Source of the DNA: Alphaproteobacteria bacterium
Lineage (GTDB): Bacteria; Pseudomonadota; Alphaproteobacteria; MPNO01; UBA830
NCBI GenBank assembly: GCA_965243135.1
Contig: OZ251539.1
Coordinates: forward strand, 4,384,001 to 4,448,000
DNA: 64,000 nt
Direction of reading: 5' to 3'
The translations under genes were made by a program, and so were the position numbers. Below, one piece after another: positions 19,539 through 29,628 of the stretch (position 1 is its first letter; each line of letters starts with the position of its first letter). A model generated the notes under the pieces. That model was given only the letters and a program-made list of their open reading frames with translations. It was not told where the DNA came from and searched no databases.

Positions 19539-20483
19539 TCAAGCGGCCGGCAGTTGCGTATCGAGTATCAGCCGGCCTCGCGAATTCCGCCCCGCTTCCA
19601 GAATGCGGTGAGCGTCGGCGGCCTGACCGAGCGGCAGCACCCGGCTCACGAGCGGCCTGACATGTCCAGCATTCGCCAACGCGACGACGGCTTTCAGGAT
19701 CTGCGGACTGTCCTCGATCACCGCTTGCCGCACGTCGATATCCCGCTCGGTCGCATCGTCTTCGAACGGAAGGGCGATCAGCCAGACCAGCACGCCGCCG
19801 GGACGAAGAACGGCGCGGGAACGCACGTGGACGTCGCCGCCGACGAGGTCCACGACCGCATCCTGGTCCGACACGACCTCGCCGAAGTCCGTCCTGTCGT
19901 ACGCGATTATCCGGTCCGCGCCGAGCGAACGCACGTGGTCGGCGTTGCGCGCGCTGCAGGTTCCCGTCACTTCGGCTCCCAGATGCTTGCAGATCTGGAC
20001 GGCCATGCCGCCGATGGCGCCCGCCGCCGCATGCACCAGCACCCTGTCGCCGGACTTCACGGCCGCCGTTTCGACGACCGCGATGTAGGCGCAAACTCCC
20101 GCATGCATGATCGCGGCAGCTTCAACGAAATCGAGGCCATCAGGCATATCGACGACGTCACGTTCGGGTCGGCAGGCCAGCTGGGCGTAAGAACCCTGGT
20201 CGACGTGCCGGCACGTAAAGCAGACCCGGTCGCCGGGCGAGAAATCGGCGACGTCCGCGCCGACGGCCTTGACGATTCCAGCGCCGTCGCGGCCCGGCAC
20301 TTTCGGCGGCGCAACCGGGAAGTAGCCGGTCAAAAGCCCCTGCCGAAGCTTGCAGTCGCCGGGCACCACGCTGACGGCGCGAACCTCGATCAATACCTCT
20401 CCAAGCCCCGGCGCTGGGTCGGGCAGATCGACCAACCGCAGTTCCTCCGGCCCGCCGAACTTGTCGAAGCGAACTGCCTTCAT
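19539..20483 (-). CDS. NADP-dependent quinone oxidoreductase (MDR family)
   Basis: FGGPEEL, PGRDGAG, VLVHAAAGAIG motifs. Confidence 0.92.
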   Translation of the reverse strand: MKAVRFDKFGGPEELRLVDLPDPAPGLGEVLIEVRAVSVVPGDCKLRQGLLTGYFPVAPPKVPGRDGAGIVKAVGADVADFSPGDRVCFTCRHVDQGSYAQLACRPERDVVDMPDGLDFVEAAAIMHAGVCAYIAVVETAAVKSGDRVLVHAAAGAIGGMAVQICKHLGAEVTGTCSARNADHVRSLGADRIIAYDRTDFGEVVSDQDAVVDLVGGDVHVRSRAVLRPGGVLVWLIALPFEDDATERDIDVRQAVIEDSPQILKAVVALANAGHVRPLVSRVLPLGQAADAHRILEAGRNSRGRLILDTQLPAA

Positions 20484-20780
20484 AGCATCCCCGTCCTGCC
20501 GCCGATGCGCGATTTCCCGAACCTGCAGATTGCGCCGAAGCGCGGCAGGAGGTCAACGACCCGCCGTTTCGGCTCGAGGCGTTGCGCCATTTTTTGCCAT
20601 CTGTCTGTCGGGCGCCTCGCGGTTCGTTCCGGCCCTCCGCCGGCAGGGTCGCGAGGATCTCACAGCGGTAGGCCGCAGGAAGACGGCCGTTGACGAAGCA
20701 AGCCTGCAGATTCTGCCGCCCCCGAAAAAGGAGAAGACCCCGCCAGCGGCAGAGCCTTCGTTCGTCCGGACGGAGCCCGG

Positions 20781-21041
20781 TCAGAGGACAGCGATGGCGA
20801 CAGCGACGGCGAAGAGGGCAGCAACGACCACCGCAGACACGACCAACGCCTGAAGCGCGAACGCAGCAACGATCAACAGCGGAGCGAACACGACCGCCAG
20901 CAGAACGAACACGACCGACAGCACGCCGACGCCCAGATCGCCCCACGTCGCCTCCTTCGGGTCGGGCGCGCCGCAGTGGGGGCACGCCTTCGCCGACCGG
21001 GCGACCCGGCCGGAGCACTCGCGGCAATCGACCAGCGTCAT
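20781..21041 (-). CDS. Small zinc-ribbon membrane protein (86 aa)
   Basis: MTLVDCRECSGRVARSAKACPHCGAP followed by a long hydrophobic tail. Confidence 0.75.
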   Translation of the reverse strand: MTLVDCRECSGRVARSAKACPHCGAPDPKEATWGDLGVGVLSVVFVLLAVVFAPLLIVAAFALQALVVSAVVVAALFAVAVAIAVL

Positions 21042-21235
21042 TTCCCCTTTCCCCGCCCGTCCGCGTCCAGAATCGCGAGCATGACCGAATCCGCGACAAT
21101 GCTCGCGGCCGCGGCCAAGTCGGCTGCGCACTCGTTGCGGTAGACCGGGATCTGGCGGCTGGTAACGCGGGCCGTGACCCTCCAGCCGTCCGACCCTCGC
21201 TCGGAGGTTGATCGCGTAGTCGGGCATTCCATGCT
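20950..21235 (-). repeat. Dispersed repeat, copy A (inverted relative to 33460-33740)
   Basis: Manual alignment shows colinear, high nucleotide similarity over ~280 bp. Confidence 0.85.
21038..21227 (-). pseudogene. Frameshifted small hypothetical gene
   Basis: MPDYAINLRAR then a shifted frame DGWRVTARVT...; 2-nt deletion relative to the homolog at 33467. Confidence 0.65.
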
Positions 21236-21477
21236 CCGCGATGCGTACATGCAACGTATATGTGCGCGGCATGCGCGCGGCGCAACAGAGTCGAGAAAAT
21301 TTTCTCGCCCCCACCTCGCCGATGGTCCGCGTCTCCAGGCAGCCCGGCTGCGGGTGGCCGCGGTCGCGAGGGCTCAGGCGCCCGAAGTCGGGAACGAAAG
21401 AAGAGGTTGCCGCGGCGCAGCGCCGTGCCGTCCTTCGACCGCCGGCCTTGCAAACGGAAATAACGCAGCCGCAAATG

Positions 21478-21716
21478 ATGGCGCGACTGACGGCGCGGTA
21501 TGTCAGCGACGAGGCAGCCGCGCGTTCAACCGCAGGGCGGCCGCCTACGACCGGTCCGCCGAAGCCGAGCATGGAAACATTCTCCGGACTGCGCTGGCGG
21601 AGGAGGATTTCGCAGCAAGAGCCGAAGCGTCGCGGCAGCGGAGCGGCATCTCCGGCGAGGACGCGGCGACAGCGGCGGATGCGCTGCGGCGCCGCGCCCC
21701 CTTCTCCATGCTCTAG
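21478..21716 (+). pseudogene. Frameshifted FitA-like ribbon-helix-helix antitoxin
   Basis: MARLTARYVSDE then shifted RRAAAYDRSAEAEHGNILRTAL, matching the FitA-type RS.EAE.R.IL pattern. Confidence 0.65.
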
Positions 21717-21836
21717 CTTCCCCCTGCCGCACGATGGGCGGGGTAACCGCCGGCAAAATAGCGCGGCAGTGCAGACGCCTGCTTGCAATCATCCGCATTG
21801 AGATTATATACACTCCAAATCTGGAGAGCGCCTTTC

Positions 21837-22268
21837 GTGCACGCCTATCATCCTGCGACGCGCTACGAGGTCGCGCCCCTTATCGATCTTTCCGACCGCA
21901 GGGAACGCGAGCGGCTCAGCCCGGACGCAGCGCGCACTTTCTTCAATATCATGGCTCGGTGGAAGATCCGTGACGCCGATGGCCGCCAGCTGCTCGGAGG
22001 AATTTCGAACGGCGCCTACTACGCCCTGAAGAAAGGATCCGACCGCACGCTCGACGAGGACAAGCTTCGCCGGATTTCGTATCTCGTCGGCATCTTCAAG
22101 GCCCTGAACCTGCTCTACAGCGAGGATCTGGCGGATCGCTGGATGCAGCTGCCGAATAAAAACAGGATCTTCCGCGGAACGACGCCGCGCGCCTATCTCA
22201 TGCAGGGCGGTCTGCCGGCGTTCGCCACGGTGCGAAAGCTCCTGGATGCGCGACGGGGCGGCCATTGA
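21837..22268 (+). CDS. Xre/MbcA/ParS-type antitoxin
   Basis: GGAGAG RBS with GTG start; RISYLVGIFKAL, WMQLPN and VRKLLDARRGG motifs. Confidence 0.88.
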   Translation: MHAYHPATRYEVAPLIDLSDRRERERLSPDAARTFFNIMARWKIRDADGRQLLGGISNGAYYALKKGSDRTLDEDKLRRISYLVGIFKALNLLYSEDLADRWMQLPNKNRIFRGTTPRAYLMQGGLPAFATVRKLLDARRGGH

Positions 22269-22951
22269 ACGACCCCGCCGTCGCGCGCATCCGGCGACTC
22301 GACACGCATCGGCTCATTCCCTCGAACGAAGGCGCAGACAGCGTGCTCGTCAGAATCGCCGACGACGACGAACACCTTCGCGGCATCTTCGATCTGGATC
22401 ACGCGACCAACGATCGCCTGCTTGCGGAGAACGACCTGTCGCCGGGCATCGGCACCGACGAACTCGTGTTCAACATTCCTCATTGCCGCATCGTCAATGC
22501 GGCCTTCACGCACGCCCATCCCCTCGGCGCCCGGTTCAGCGGGCCGGACCGCGGCGCCTGGTACGCCGCGTTCGAACTGGAAACCTCGCAGACCGAGGTC
22601 GCTTGGCACAAGTCCGTCGAGCTCGCCGAAATAGACTGGCCGGAGGAAAGCATCACCTATGACGACTATCTCGCGGATTTCGGCGGGGATTATCACGACC
22701 TCCGGGGAGACGCGGGTTTCCGGCCATGCCTCGCCCCCGACAGTTACGTCGAAGCGCAGTCGCTCGCGGAGAACCTTCTCGCAAAACGGTCGCCGGGAAT
22801 CGTCTACCCAAGCGTACGCCGCAACGACGGCACCTGCCTTGCGTGCTTCCAACCATCGCTTGTCGGCAACGTTCGCAAGAACGCACGCTATCGCTTTACT
22901 TGGTCGGAACCATTCAGCCCGGAAATCGAGCTTGAAGTGCTCTACGCGTGA
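22265..22951 (+). CDS. RES-domain toxin (NAD+ phosphorylase family)
   Basis: RFSGPDRGAWYAA, TEVAWH and GIVYPSVR motifs; overlaps the antitoxin stop. Confidence 0.9.
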   Translation: MNDPAVARIRRLDTHRLIPSNEGADSVLVRIADDDEHLRGIFDLDHATNDRLLAENDLSPGIGTDELVFNIPHCRIVNAAFTHAHPLGARFSGPDRGAWYAAFELETSQTEVAWHKSVELAEIDWPEESITYDDYLADFGGDYHDLRGDAGFRPCLAPDSYVEAQSLAENLLAKRSPGIVYPSVRRNDGTCLACFQPSLVGNVRKNARYRFTWSEPFSPEIELEVLYA

Positions 22952-23157
22952 GGATCCCGCAACGGTCCCGCTGGCGCGGACTTTCGCTTCGCTCAAGCTC
23001 CCCATTCTTTCGGAGGCTGCGAGGCCGCAAGCCACGCGATCAAACAGAGCCGGCGCCGCCGGCGCCATGGCCTCGAGCGACGCCTCGCCGCATCGTCTGC
23101 CTCGATCTGGGAGACGGCGCGCTCTTTGATCGAATTGCTGACGGTCGGAACGCGCAT

Positions 23158-23742
23158 TCAGTCTTCAAGTTCTACGACACGACCCATGTCGGCCCGTCGC
23201 GCCGCATAAATTTCTTCGATCATCGCATCCACTTCATGATCTTCAAGCGGACTCCAGGCGCCCTGAAGTTCGGCAAGTCTCCCGCGAGCAAGCCATCCTT
23301 CCGTCAGGGGACGGATCGCGCCGACCAGCGCCTCCATGTCCGTCACATGGCCCTCCTCATCGAGGTATTCGTCCTTGGCCAAAGGCAGAATGTCGACAGG
23401 CTTGGTCACGCCCTCGAGGCGACAGAGAAATTTCCGGAGCGCGGGCGCTTGGTCGGGATATCTGGTCCACAATAGGAGCAGGTACGGACCGGAGGGCTTT
23501 ATCTGATTCTCGATCAGATTCCCGATGACCGAAAAATCCCGGGCATGGTCGCCCGGCGGTCCATCAAGAAAGTCGGCGAAAATCAGCCTGACGCGCGGAC
23601 ATTCCGGCAAATGCGCCCGTTCTCCGGTGAAGTGAAACGTCAGGAAGGGATCCTCGAAACGTTCGAGCGCCTTGGACAAGCCGTCGAGATGGTCCCGCTC
23701 GCGGTCGATGACGATGATGGATGGAATCGATGATTGCGTCAT
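23158..23742 (-). CDS. Atypical receiver (REC)-like domain with an antitoxin-like C-terminal tail
   Basis: AAGGAGG RBS; IIVIDRE, LIFAD, LLLWT and LAK follow receiver topology. Confidence 0.65.
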   Translation of the reverse strand: MTQSSIPSIIVIDRERDHLDGLSKALERFEDPFLTFHFTGERAHLPECPRVRLIFADFLDGPPGDHARDFSVIGNLIENQIKPSGPYLLLLWTRYPDQAPALRKFLCRLEGVTKPVDILPLAKDEYLDEEGHVTDMEALVGAIRPLTEGWLARGRLAELQGAWSPLEDHEVDAMIEEIYAARRADMGRVVELED

Positions 23743-24176
23743 TGCGCCTCCTTCTCGAAATCGCGGGAGAGGCCGATGTACAGCATTCGTTCGGGCGCGT
23801 CATCCGCAGCCAGTAGACGGCATTGTCCGAAAGGTTTCCCAAAGCCCCCCGGCGCACGATCGAACGCAAACCGGCCGTCGCCGTCGTCCAACGGTCAGAC
23901 AAGTCGGATCCGTTGGAAACGCAGACGCGCGGCACCGGAGCGCGGCCATGCTTTTTCCGCGAAGCTTGAATTCCCGAAGACGCGATAGCCGGCCGACGGC
24001 ATTTCGCGAGCGTCTTGCGGCGAACGTTCGACGTTGCGTCCGGCCGGAGCTTGGACACGCGGGACCGAAGATCGCAGACTGGCGCCTGCAAGATGGCGCG
24101 CCCCGCATCGAGCGATGGTTCCGAGCCGGCAACGGGATGATGCGACGCCGCCCTCCACCGGCAACAGGAGAACGCC

Positions 24177-24962
24177 ATGGCGGAGACGGACAGCATGATT
24201 GTCACCCGCGACGACGGCATGGTTCGCTGGCTGACGTTCAACCGCCCCGAAAAGCGCAACGCGCTGTCGCTGGATATGCTCGAACGGGCGCTCGAAGAAG
24301 TCCGTCGCTTCGGCGACGACGACGCCTCGCGCGTCCTGATCTTGACCGGCGGCGGCGACCGAGCGTTCGTTTCCGGCGCCGACATTTCCGAGTTCGGTCG
24401 CGGATCCGGCTCCGAGCGGCGCTATTTGGACCTCGGCGCCCGCCTGTTCCACGAAATTCACCGCCTGCCGAAACCTACGATCGCCATGATCCGGGGATAC
24501 TGCTTCGGCGGCGGCGTCGCCCTAGCGACGGCGTGCGACCTGCGCTACGCCTCCGACGACGCCCTGTTCTCCATACCGGCCGCCAGGCTGGGAATCGCCT
24601 ACGACCTCGACCTCGCCAAAAGGCTGCTCGATCTCGCCGGTCCCGCCGCGGCGAAGGAAATGCTCTTTGCCGGACGCCGCTACGACGCGGCGCAAGCCGA
24701 GCGGATGGGTCTCGTCAACCGGATCTGCGCCGGCGACGGCCTCGCGCGGGAAACCGCCGGCCTTGCCGCGGAAATCGCGCGGAACGCTCCCCTTTCCGTC
24801 CGCAGCGCCAAGTTCGCGATAGCCCATCTTTTGGCCGAACCGTCCGGCCGCGACCGCAGCGAATGCGAGCGAATGATCGCGGCCTGCGCCGAAAGCGAGG
24901 ATTTCGCCGAGGGGCGCGCCGCCTTCGCCGAAAAGCGAAAACCCGCGTTCCGGGGTCGATGA
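24177..24962 (+). CDS. Enoyl-CoA hydratase/isomerase family protein
   Basis: NRPEKRNAL, FVSGADI, GYCFGGG and EGRAAFAEKRKP motifs. Confidence 0.94.
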   Translation: MAETDSMIVTRDDGMVRWLTFNRPEKRNALSLDMLERALEEVRRFGDDDASRVLILTGGGDRAFVSGADISEFGRGSGSERRYLDLGARLFHEIHRLPKPTIAMIRGYCFGGGVALATACDLRYASDDALFSIPAARLGIAYDLDLAKRLLDLAGPAAAKEMLFAGRRYDAAQAERMGLVNRICAGDGLARETAGLAAEIARNAPLSVRSAKFAIAHLLAEPSGRDRSECERMIAACAESEDFAEGRAAFAEKRKPAFRGR

Positions 24963-25277
24963 CCTGCGCTGTCGCCCGGCCGGGCATTCAACTCCGAAAC
25001 GCTTTCGTCGAGCGCGACCGTCTCCCGTTCGACGCCGCGGCACGATAAAGGTCGCCTACGCGGCGGCAAACATCCCTGCAGTCGACGAGCGGCCCGTGCC
25101 ATCCGCAGCGAGGAAGCCGCCCGGCAACTACGGTCGCGCGCTCGGGATTTGACTTGCTTTGGTTATCCAGAAGAGAACTTCATGAGCGAAGATGCAGAAT
25201 GCAACGAAGCCTTGGAAGCATGCTGCCCCCTCGCTTCCAGCGTACAGTTTGAGGACTTTGCGAAGCCTCCGAGACGA

Positions 25278-25558
25278 TTACGCGCCGGTCCATCCCTTCC
25301 ATGGCGCGCCGGGCAGACGAGCGATGAGCCGGGAGGAAACGGTTCGAGCCGCCCCTTCCATGTCCCACCGGTAGTTGTGCGCGAGCAACGGGCCGATATC
25401 GGCGCTAAACTGCCGGTCGTGCAGCTTGGCCGCCAAGTTTCGTTCGAAGTCGCGGCGGCGGAAACGCCGAGCGCGGATCGCATGTCCGCCGTGCTGAAGT
25501 GGTATCGGCCGTCGGCGGCAAACTCGGCGATGACATTGCTGGCTCTGAGCGTTTTCAT
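25278..25558 (-). pseudogene. Internally deleted AbiE (type IV TA) operon: AbiEi 5' end joined to AbiEii 3' end
   Basis: AADGRYHFSTADMRSALGVS joined out of frame near 25450 to FERNLAAKLHDRQFSADIGPLL...LIARLPGAPWKG. Confidence 0.7.
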
Positions 25559-25567
25559 ATGCGCAAA

Positions 25568-25584
25568 GTATCAATATTCGATAC
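25568..25584. promoter_or_regulatory. Inverted repeat upstream of the AbiEi remnant (putative operator)
   Basis: gtatcaatattcgatac is near-palindromic and lies ~10 bp upstream of the ATG. Confidence 0.45.
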
Positions 25585-26102
25585 ATTCGGAAAGAGATTT
25601 CGTGCACTGTGCGTTGTCGTCGGCCAGACTGTCCAGAACTCTCCACAACGCTTTCCGAAGAAAAGGGCGCGCTCTGAATTCCAGCCGCGATCAGCCGCCC
25701 GGCATCGGATCCGCCGGGAATTTCGGCCGTCGCAACCCGGGTCCGTTTCGGCTCCGCAGCGATTTCCGGCCTTCTCCCGTGCGGGCGGTCTCTCTCTGCC
25801 TCCGTATCGACCTCTTCGAGCGCCCGCTCGTCGCCGACGGTTCGCTTCGCTTGCGCCGCCAGGCCATCTTCGCCGAACTCGATGCAGCCCATGCAGCGGC
25901 ACGGCCCGCCAAGGATAACGGCGGCGGCGTCCTAAAATTTTCCGGAGTTCGGCGCCGAACTTCAATGTCGCGGCAATGCGCCTACAATGAGAAAATTGCG
26001 TCGGCGGCACAGAGCAAGCGTCCTGCTTGCCGTCGCCGTCAACGCGTCGCGCCGATGAATTTCCTCACGTGCAGCCGAACAAGACAAAACGCCATTGAGA
26101 TT

Positions 26103-28463
26103 ATGGACGACAGATTCCCAACGACAGCGACGATCGGCACGATCGGCGAGCCGCGATTGCGCGCGGAAGATCTGCCCTTGCTTCGAGGCGAAGCCCGGTT
26201 CGTCGAAGATATCGCATTGCCCGGCGAACTCCGGGCCGTGTTTCTGCGTTCGCCTCATGCCCATGCCCGCATCCTCGCCGTCAGGACCGGCGCCGCGGAA
26301 AGATCCTCCGCCGTCCGCCTCGTGGCGACCGGCTCCGATATCCAGGACCTCGGCGGCATTCCTTGGGAAGTGAGACCTCCGGCGGACGCCGCGGAAGACG
26401 AGCTGCCGCCTGTCGGCTCGCCCGACGTGGCCGCGCCGCAACCTCTCATGGCCGCTCCCGTCGCGCGCTTCGCAGGCGAGATCGTCGCCATGGTCGTCGC
26501 CGACGGCGAGAACGAGGCGCGCGATGCGGCCGAGTTGATCGATGCCGACTTCGAGGCTCTCGACGCGTCCGCGAACCCGCGCGAAGCCGGCGCTCAGGCG
26601 TCCTTGTGGCCGCAAGCGCCCGGCAATCTCGCATTCGCCATCCGGATGGGAGACGCGGAAGCGGTCGAGGAAGCCTTTGCCCGCGCGGCGCATGTCGTGA
26701 GCGTCGACTGCGCCAGCAACCGCGTCGCCGGCGTTCCCCTCGAAACCCGAGGCTGCATCGGCGAACCTTCCGGCGACCGCATGATCCTGCACGCTCCCAT
26801 CGGCAAGCCCCACGGCGTTCGCAGGACGATGGCGGAGCATGTATTCCGCGTTGCGCCGGAGCGGATCGCCGTGAAGGTGCCGGACATCGGCGGCGGCTTC
26901 GGCATCAAGAACGTCCTGTATCCGGAGCATTGCCTGACGCTGTGGGCGGCGCGACGGCTCGGCCGTCCCGTAAAGTGGATCGGCCGCCGCGACGAGTGCT
27001 TTCTTAGCGACGTCGGATGCCGGGAACAATCCGGTCGCGGCGAACTGGCTCTCGACCGCGACGGCAATATCCTGGCGGTCCGGGTGCGCTCGCAGGGCAA
27101 TCTCGGCGCCTATCTGGCTCCCCGCGGCGTCGTCTCGCTGCGCAACTCCGGTTACGTGGCTTCGAACGTCTATGCCGTTCCGCATATCGATTTCGAGATG
27201 CGCGCCTTCCATTCCAACACGGCTCCGACGTGCAATTTCAGGGGCGCAGGCGAGCCGGAAGGCGTCAACGTCGCCGAACGGCTGGCGGCGCGCGCCGCCC
27301 GATCCCTGAAAATCGATCCGGTTGCGTTCCGGCGGCGCAATCTGCTGGCGGCGTCGGCGTTGCCAAGGACCAATCCCGCCGGGCTCGTTCAGGATGCCGG
27401 CGACTACGAAGCGGTTCTGGACCGCACGATGGAAGCGGCGGACCGCGACGGCTTCGCGGCGCGGCGGCAACTGTCGGAAACCAACGGCAGGCTGCGCGGT
27501 TGGGGCATGGCCATGCATCTCTACATGTCCGGCTTCAATTTCACCGAAACGACGACGCTCGCAGTCCGGCCGGACGGCCGCGTCGACCTCTTCATCGGCG
27601 CGCAGTCGAGCGGTCAGGGGCACGCTACCGTTTTTGCGCAGATCGCCAGCGCGCGGCTCGGAATCGATCCCGGCGCGATCCGCGTCGTTCAGGGCGACAC
27701 CGATCTCATTCCCGCAGGATCCGGCACCGGCGCCAGCCGGTCGTTGACCATCGGCGGTTCCTCGGCGGCCCTGGCGGCGGACGCCCTCGTGGAAACCGGC
27801 CGCAGACTCGCCGCGCAGGCGCTCGAAGCCGCCCCCGAAGACATCAGCTACCGGTTCGGCCGGTTCGGCGTCGCAGGCACGGATCGCGGACTCGACCTTG
27901 GCCGCCTGGCCGAACACGCGGAACGGAACGACCCGGACGGACGATTTTCCGCCTCCGCGAGCTACCGCCCCCGGAACGGCACCTCGGCGGCCGGATGCCA
28001 GATCTGCGAGGCGGAAGTCGACCCGGAAACCGGCGCGGTCGATATCGACCGGTTCGCGATCGTTCAGGATGCGGGGCGCGCGATCAATCCCTTGATCGTG
28101 GAAGGCCAGATTCACGGCGGCGTCGCCACCGGCCTCGGTCAATCGCTGTGCGAACACGCGATCTACGAGCGCGGCACCGCGCAACTCCTCACCGGAAGCT
28201 TCATGGACTACGGCTTTCCGCGCGCCGACCAGACGCCGTCCATCGAAGTTCACCTGCAGGAAGTTCCGTCGGTCGCCAATCCGCTGGGAGCGAAGGGGAT
28301 CGGCGAAGCCGGCGGGGTCGGCGCCATGCCGGCTATCGTCGAGGCGATCCTCGACGCCCTGTCGCCCTTGGGCGTGGAGGCGATCGACACCCCCGCCACG
28401 CCGCAGCGAGTCTGGCAAGCTATCGGAAGGGCGCGGCCGGATCGGGAGAAAGCGCGTGTATGA
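26103..28463 (+). CDS. Xanthine dehydrogenase/CoxL-like molybdopterin-binding large subunit
   Basis: RSPHAHARI, DIGGGFG, FRGAGEPE, GQGHAT, EGQIHGG and GAKGIGEAG motifs. Confidence 0.92.
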   Translation: MDDRFPTTATIGTIGEPRLRAEDLPLLRGEARFVEDIALPGELRAVFLRSPHAHARILAVRTGAAERSSAVRLVATGSDIQDLGGIPWEVRPPADAAEDELPPVGSPDVAAPQPLMAAPVARFAGEIVAMVVADGENEARDAAELIDADFEALDASANPREAGAQASLWPQAPGNLAFAIRMGDAEAVEEAFARAAHVVSVDCASNRVAGVPLETRGCIGEPSGDRMILHAPIGKPHGVRRTMAEHVFRVAPERIAVKVPDIGGGFGIKNVLYPEHCLTLWAARRLGRPVKWIGRRDECFLSDVGCREQSGRGELALDRDGNILAVRVRSQGNLGAYLAPRGVVSLRNSGYVASNVYAVPHIDFEMRAFHSNTAPTCNFRGAGEPEGVNVAERLAARAARSLKIDPVAFRRRNLLAASALPRTNPAGLVQDAGDYEAVLDRTMEAADRDGFAARRQLSETNGRLRGWGMAMHLYMSGFNFTETTTLAVRPDGRVDLFIGAQSSGQGHATVFAQIASARLGIDPGAIRVVQGDTDLIPAGSGTGASRSLTIGGSSAALAADALVETGRRLAAQALEAAPEDISYRFGRFGVAGTDRGLDLGRLAEHAERNDPDGRFSASASYRPRNGTSAAGCQICEAEVDPETGAVDIDRFAIVQDAGRAINPLIVEGQIHGGVATGLGQSLCEHAIYERGTAQLLTGSFMDYGFPRADQTPSIEVHLQEVPSVANPLGAKGIGEAGGVGAMPAIVEAILDALSPLGVEAIDTPATPQRVWQAIGRARPDREKARV

Positions 28464-29628
28464 AGGCATGATTCAGGACTGGCCCAAGCGGGTCCGCTAC
28501 GGGCCGGGAAGCGTGCAACATCTTCCGGCGCTAATGTCCGAACTTGATCGAAGCCGCGCGTTCATCGTCTGCGGGCGCACCGTGGCGTCCGGCCCCATTT
28601 TGCAATCGGTGCGCAACGCCCTCGAAGACCGGATCGTCGGGGCGTTCGACCGGATCACGGCGCATGCGCCGAGCGGCGAGGTCTCGGAAGCCGCCGAACT
28701 GTTCGACGCAAGCGGCGCGGACGCGATCGTGAGCGTCGGCGGCGGCAGCGCCATCGACTGCGGGAAGGGAATCGCATTGCTGAAGGCGACGGGCGGCGCT
28801 TTCGATCCCTACGAGATCGACTTCGCCGCGAAAGGCATGCAACGAGCGGCGATGCCGCCGCCGGGCGTCGGCCATATCGCCGTCCCGACCACGGCGGGAT
28901 CCTCCAGCGACGTAATGCCGACCGCCGGACTGCGCGATCCCGTCCGTCGGAGGAAGATGTTGTTCTGGGACCGGCACATGGTTCCCGACGCGACCGTCCT
29001 GGATCCGGAGCTGGCGATACACGCGGCCCCGGAACTGACTGCGGCCACCGGCATGACCGCAATGGCGCGCTGCATCGAATCCTTTTACGCGCGAACCCGG
29101 CAGCCCGTCACGACCGGGCTCGCCCTGCACGGCGCAAGACTGCTTCGGTCGGCGCTGCCGCGCGCGGTCGCGGCGCCCGACGATCTGCAGGCCCGGGCGG
29201 ATTGCCAGATGGCCTGCTTGATGTCCGGAGTCGCCGGCATCAACACCATGGTCTGCGTCGTCCACGCGCTTGGGCACGTCTTCGGCGGGCGGTACGGCCT
29301 GAGGCACGGAATCGCCCATTCCATCCTCCTCGCTCCGGCGATGCGGCGGCTGTTGCCTGCGCTGGGCGACAGCCAGCGCTGGATCGCGGAAGCCATGGGC
29401 GTCGGCGCTCGCGGCCTCACGCCGGACGAGGCAGGGAACCGCGCGGCCGGCGCGGTCGCGCGGATGGTCGCATCGCTGCCCCTGCCCCGGCGGCTCGCGG
29501 ATACCGGTCTGACCGAGGCCAACATTCCCGCCGTCGCCGCCGAGGCAATGGGCGATTACATGATGCCCCACGCGCCGCGCCCGATAACGGTCGAGGAAAT
29601 CGAGGATCTCCTCCGCGAGGCGTTGTGA
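28456..29628 (+). CDS. Iron-containing alcohol dehydrogenase family protein
   Basis: GGGSAID, VPTTAG, HALGH and HG motifs. Confidence 0.9.
   Translation: MYEGMIQDWPKRVRYGPGSVQHLPALMSELDRSRAFIVCGRTVASGPILQSVRNALEDRIVGAFDRITAHAPSGEVSEAAELFDASGADAIVSVGGGSAIDCGKGIALLKATGGAFDPYEIDFAAKGMQRAAMPPPGVGHIAVPTTAGSSSDVMPTAGLRDPVRRRKMLFWDRHMVPDATVLDPELAIHAAPELTAATGMTAMARCIESFYARTRQPVTTGLALHGARLLRSALPRAVAAPDDLQARADCQMACLMSGVAGINTMVCVVHALGHVFGGRYGLRHGIAHSILLAPAMRRLLPALGDSQRWIAEAMGVGARGLTPDEAGNRAAGAVARMVASLPLPRRLADTGLTEANIPAVAAEAMGDYMMPHAPRPITVEEIEDLLREAL

Noticed and set aside
23740-23830. GIY-YIG-like fragment (AVYWL / MLYIGLSRD) upstream of the REC-like gene
   Set aside because: Too short and split across frames to support a call
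25149-26102. N-terminal extension making the molybdopterin protein 1104 aa
   Set aside because: Homology starts at MDDRFP (26103); the upstream part overlaps the AbiE remnant on the other strand
26103-28463. Aerobic CO dehydrogenase (form I coxL)
   Set aside because: Lacks the AYxCSFR loop and there is no coxMS or accessory cluster
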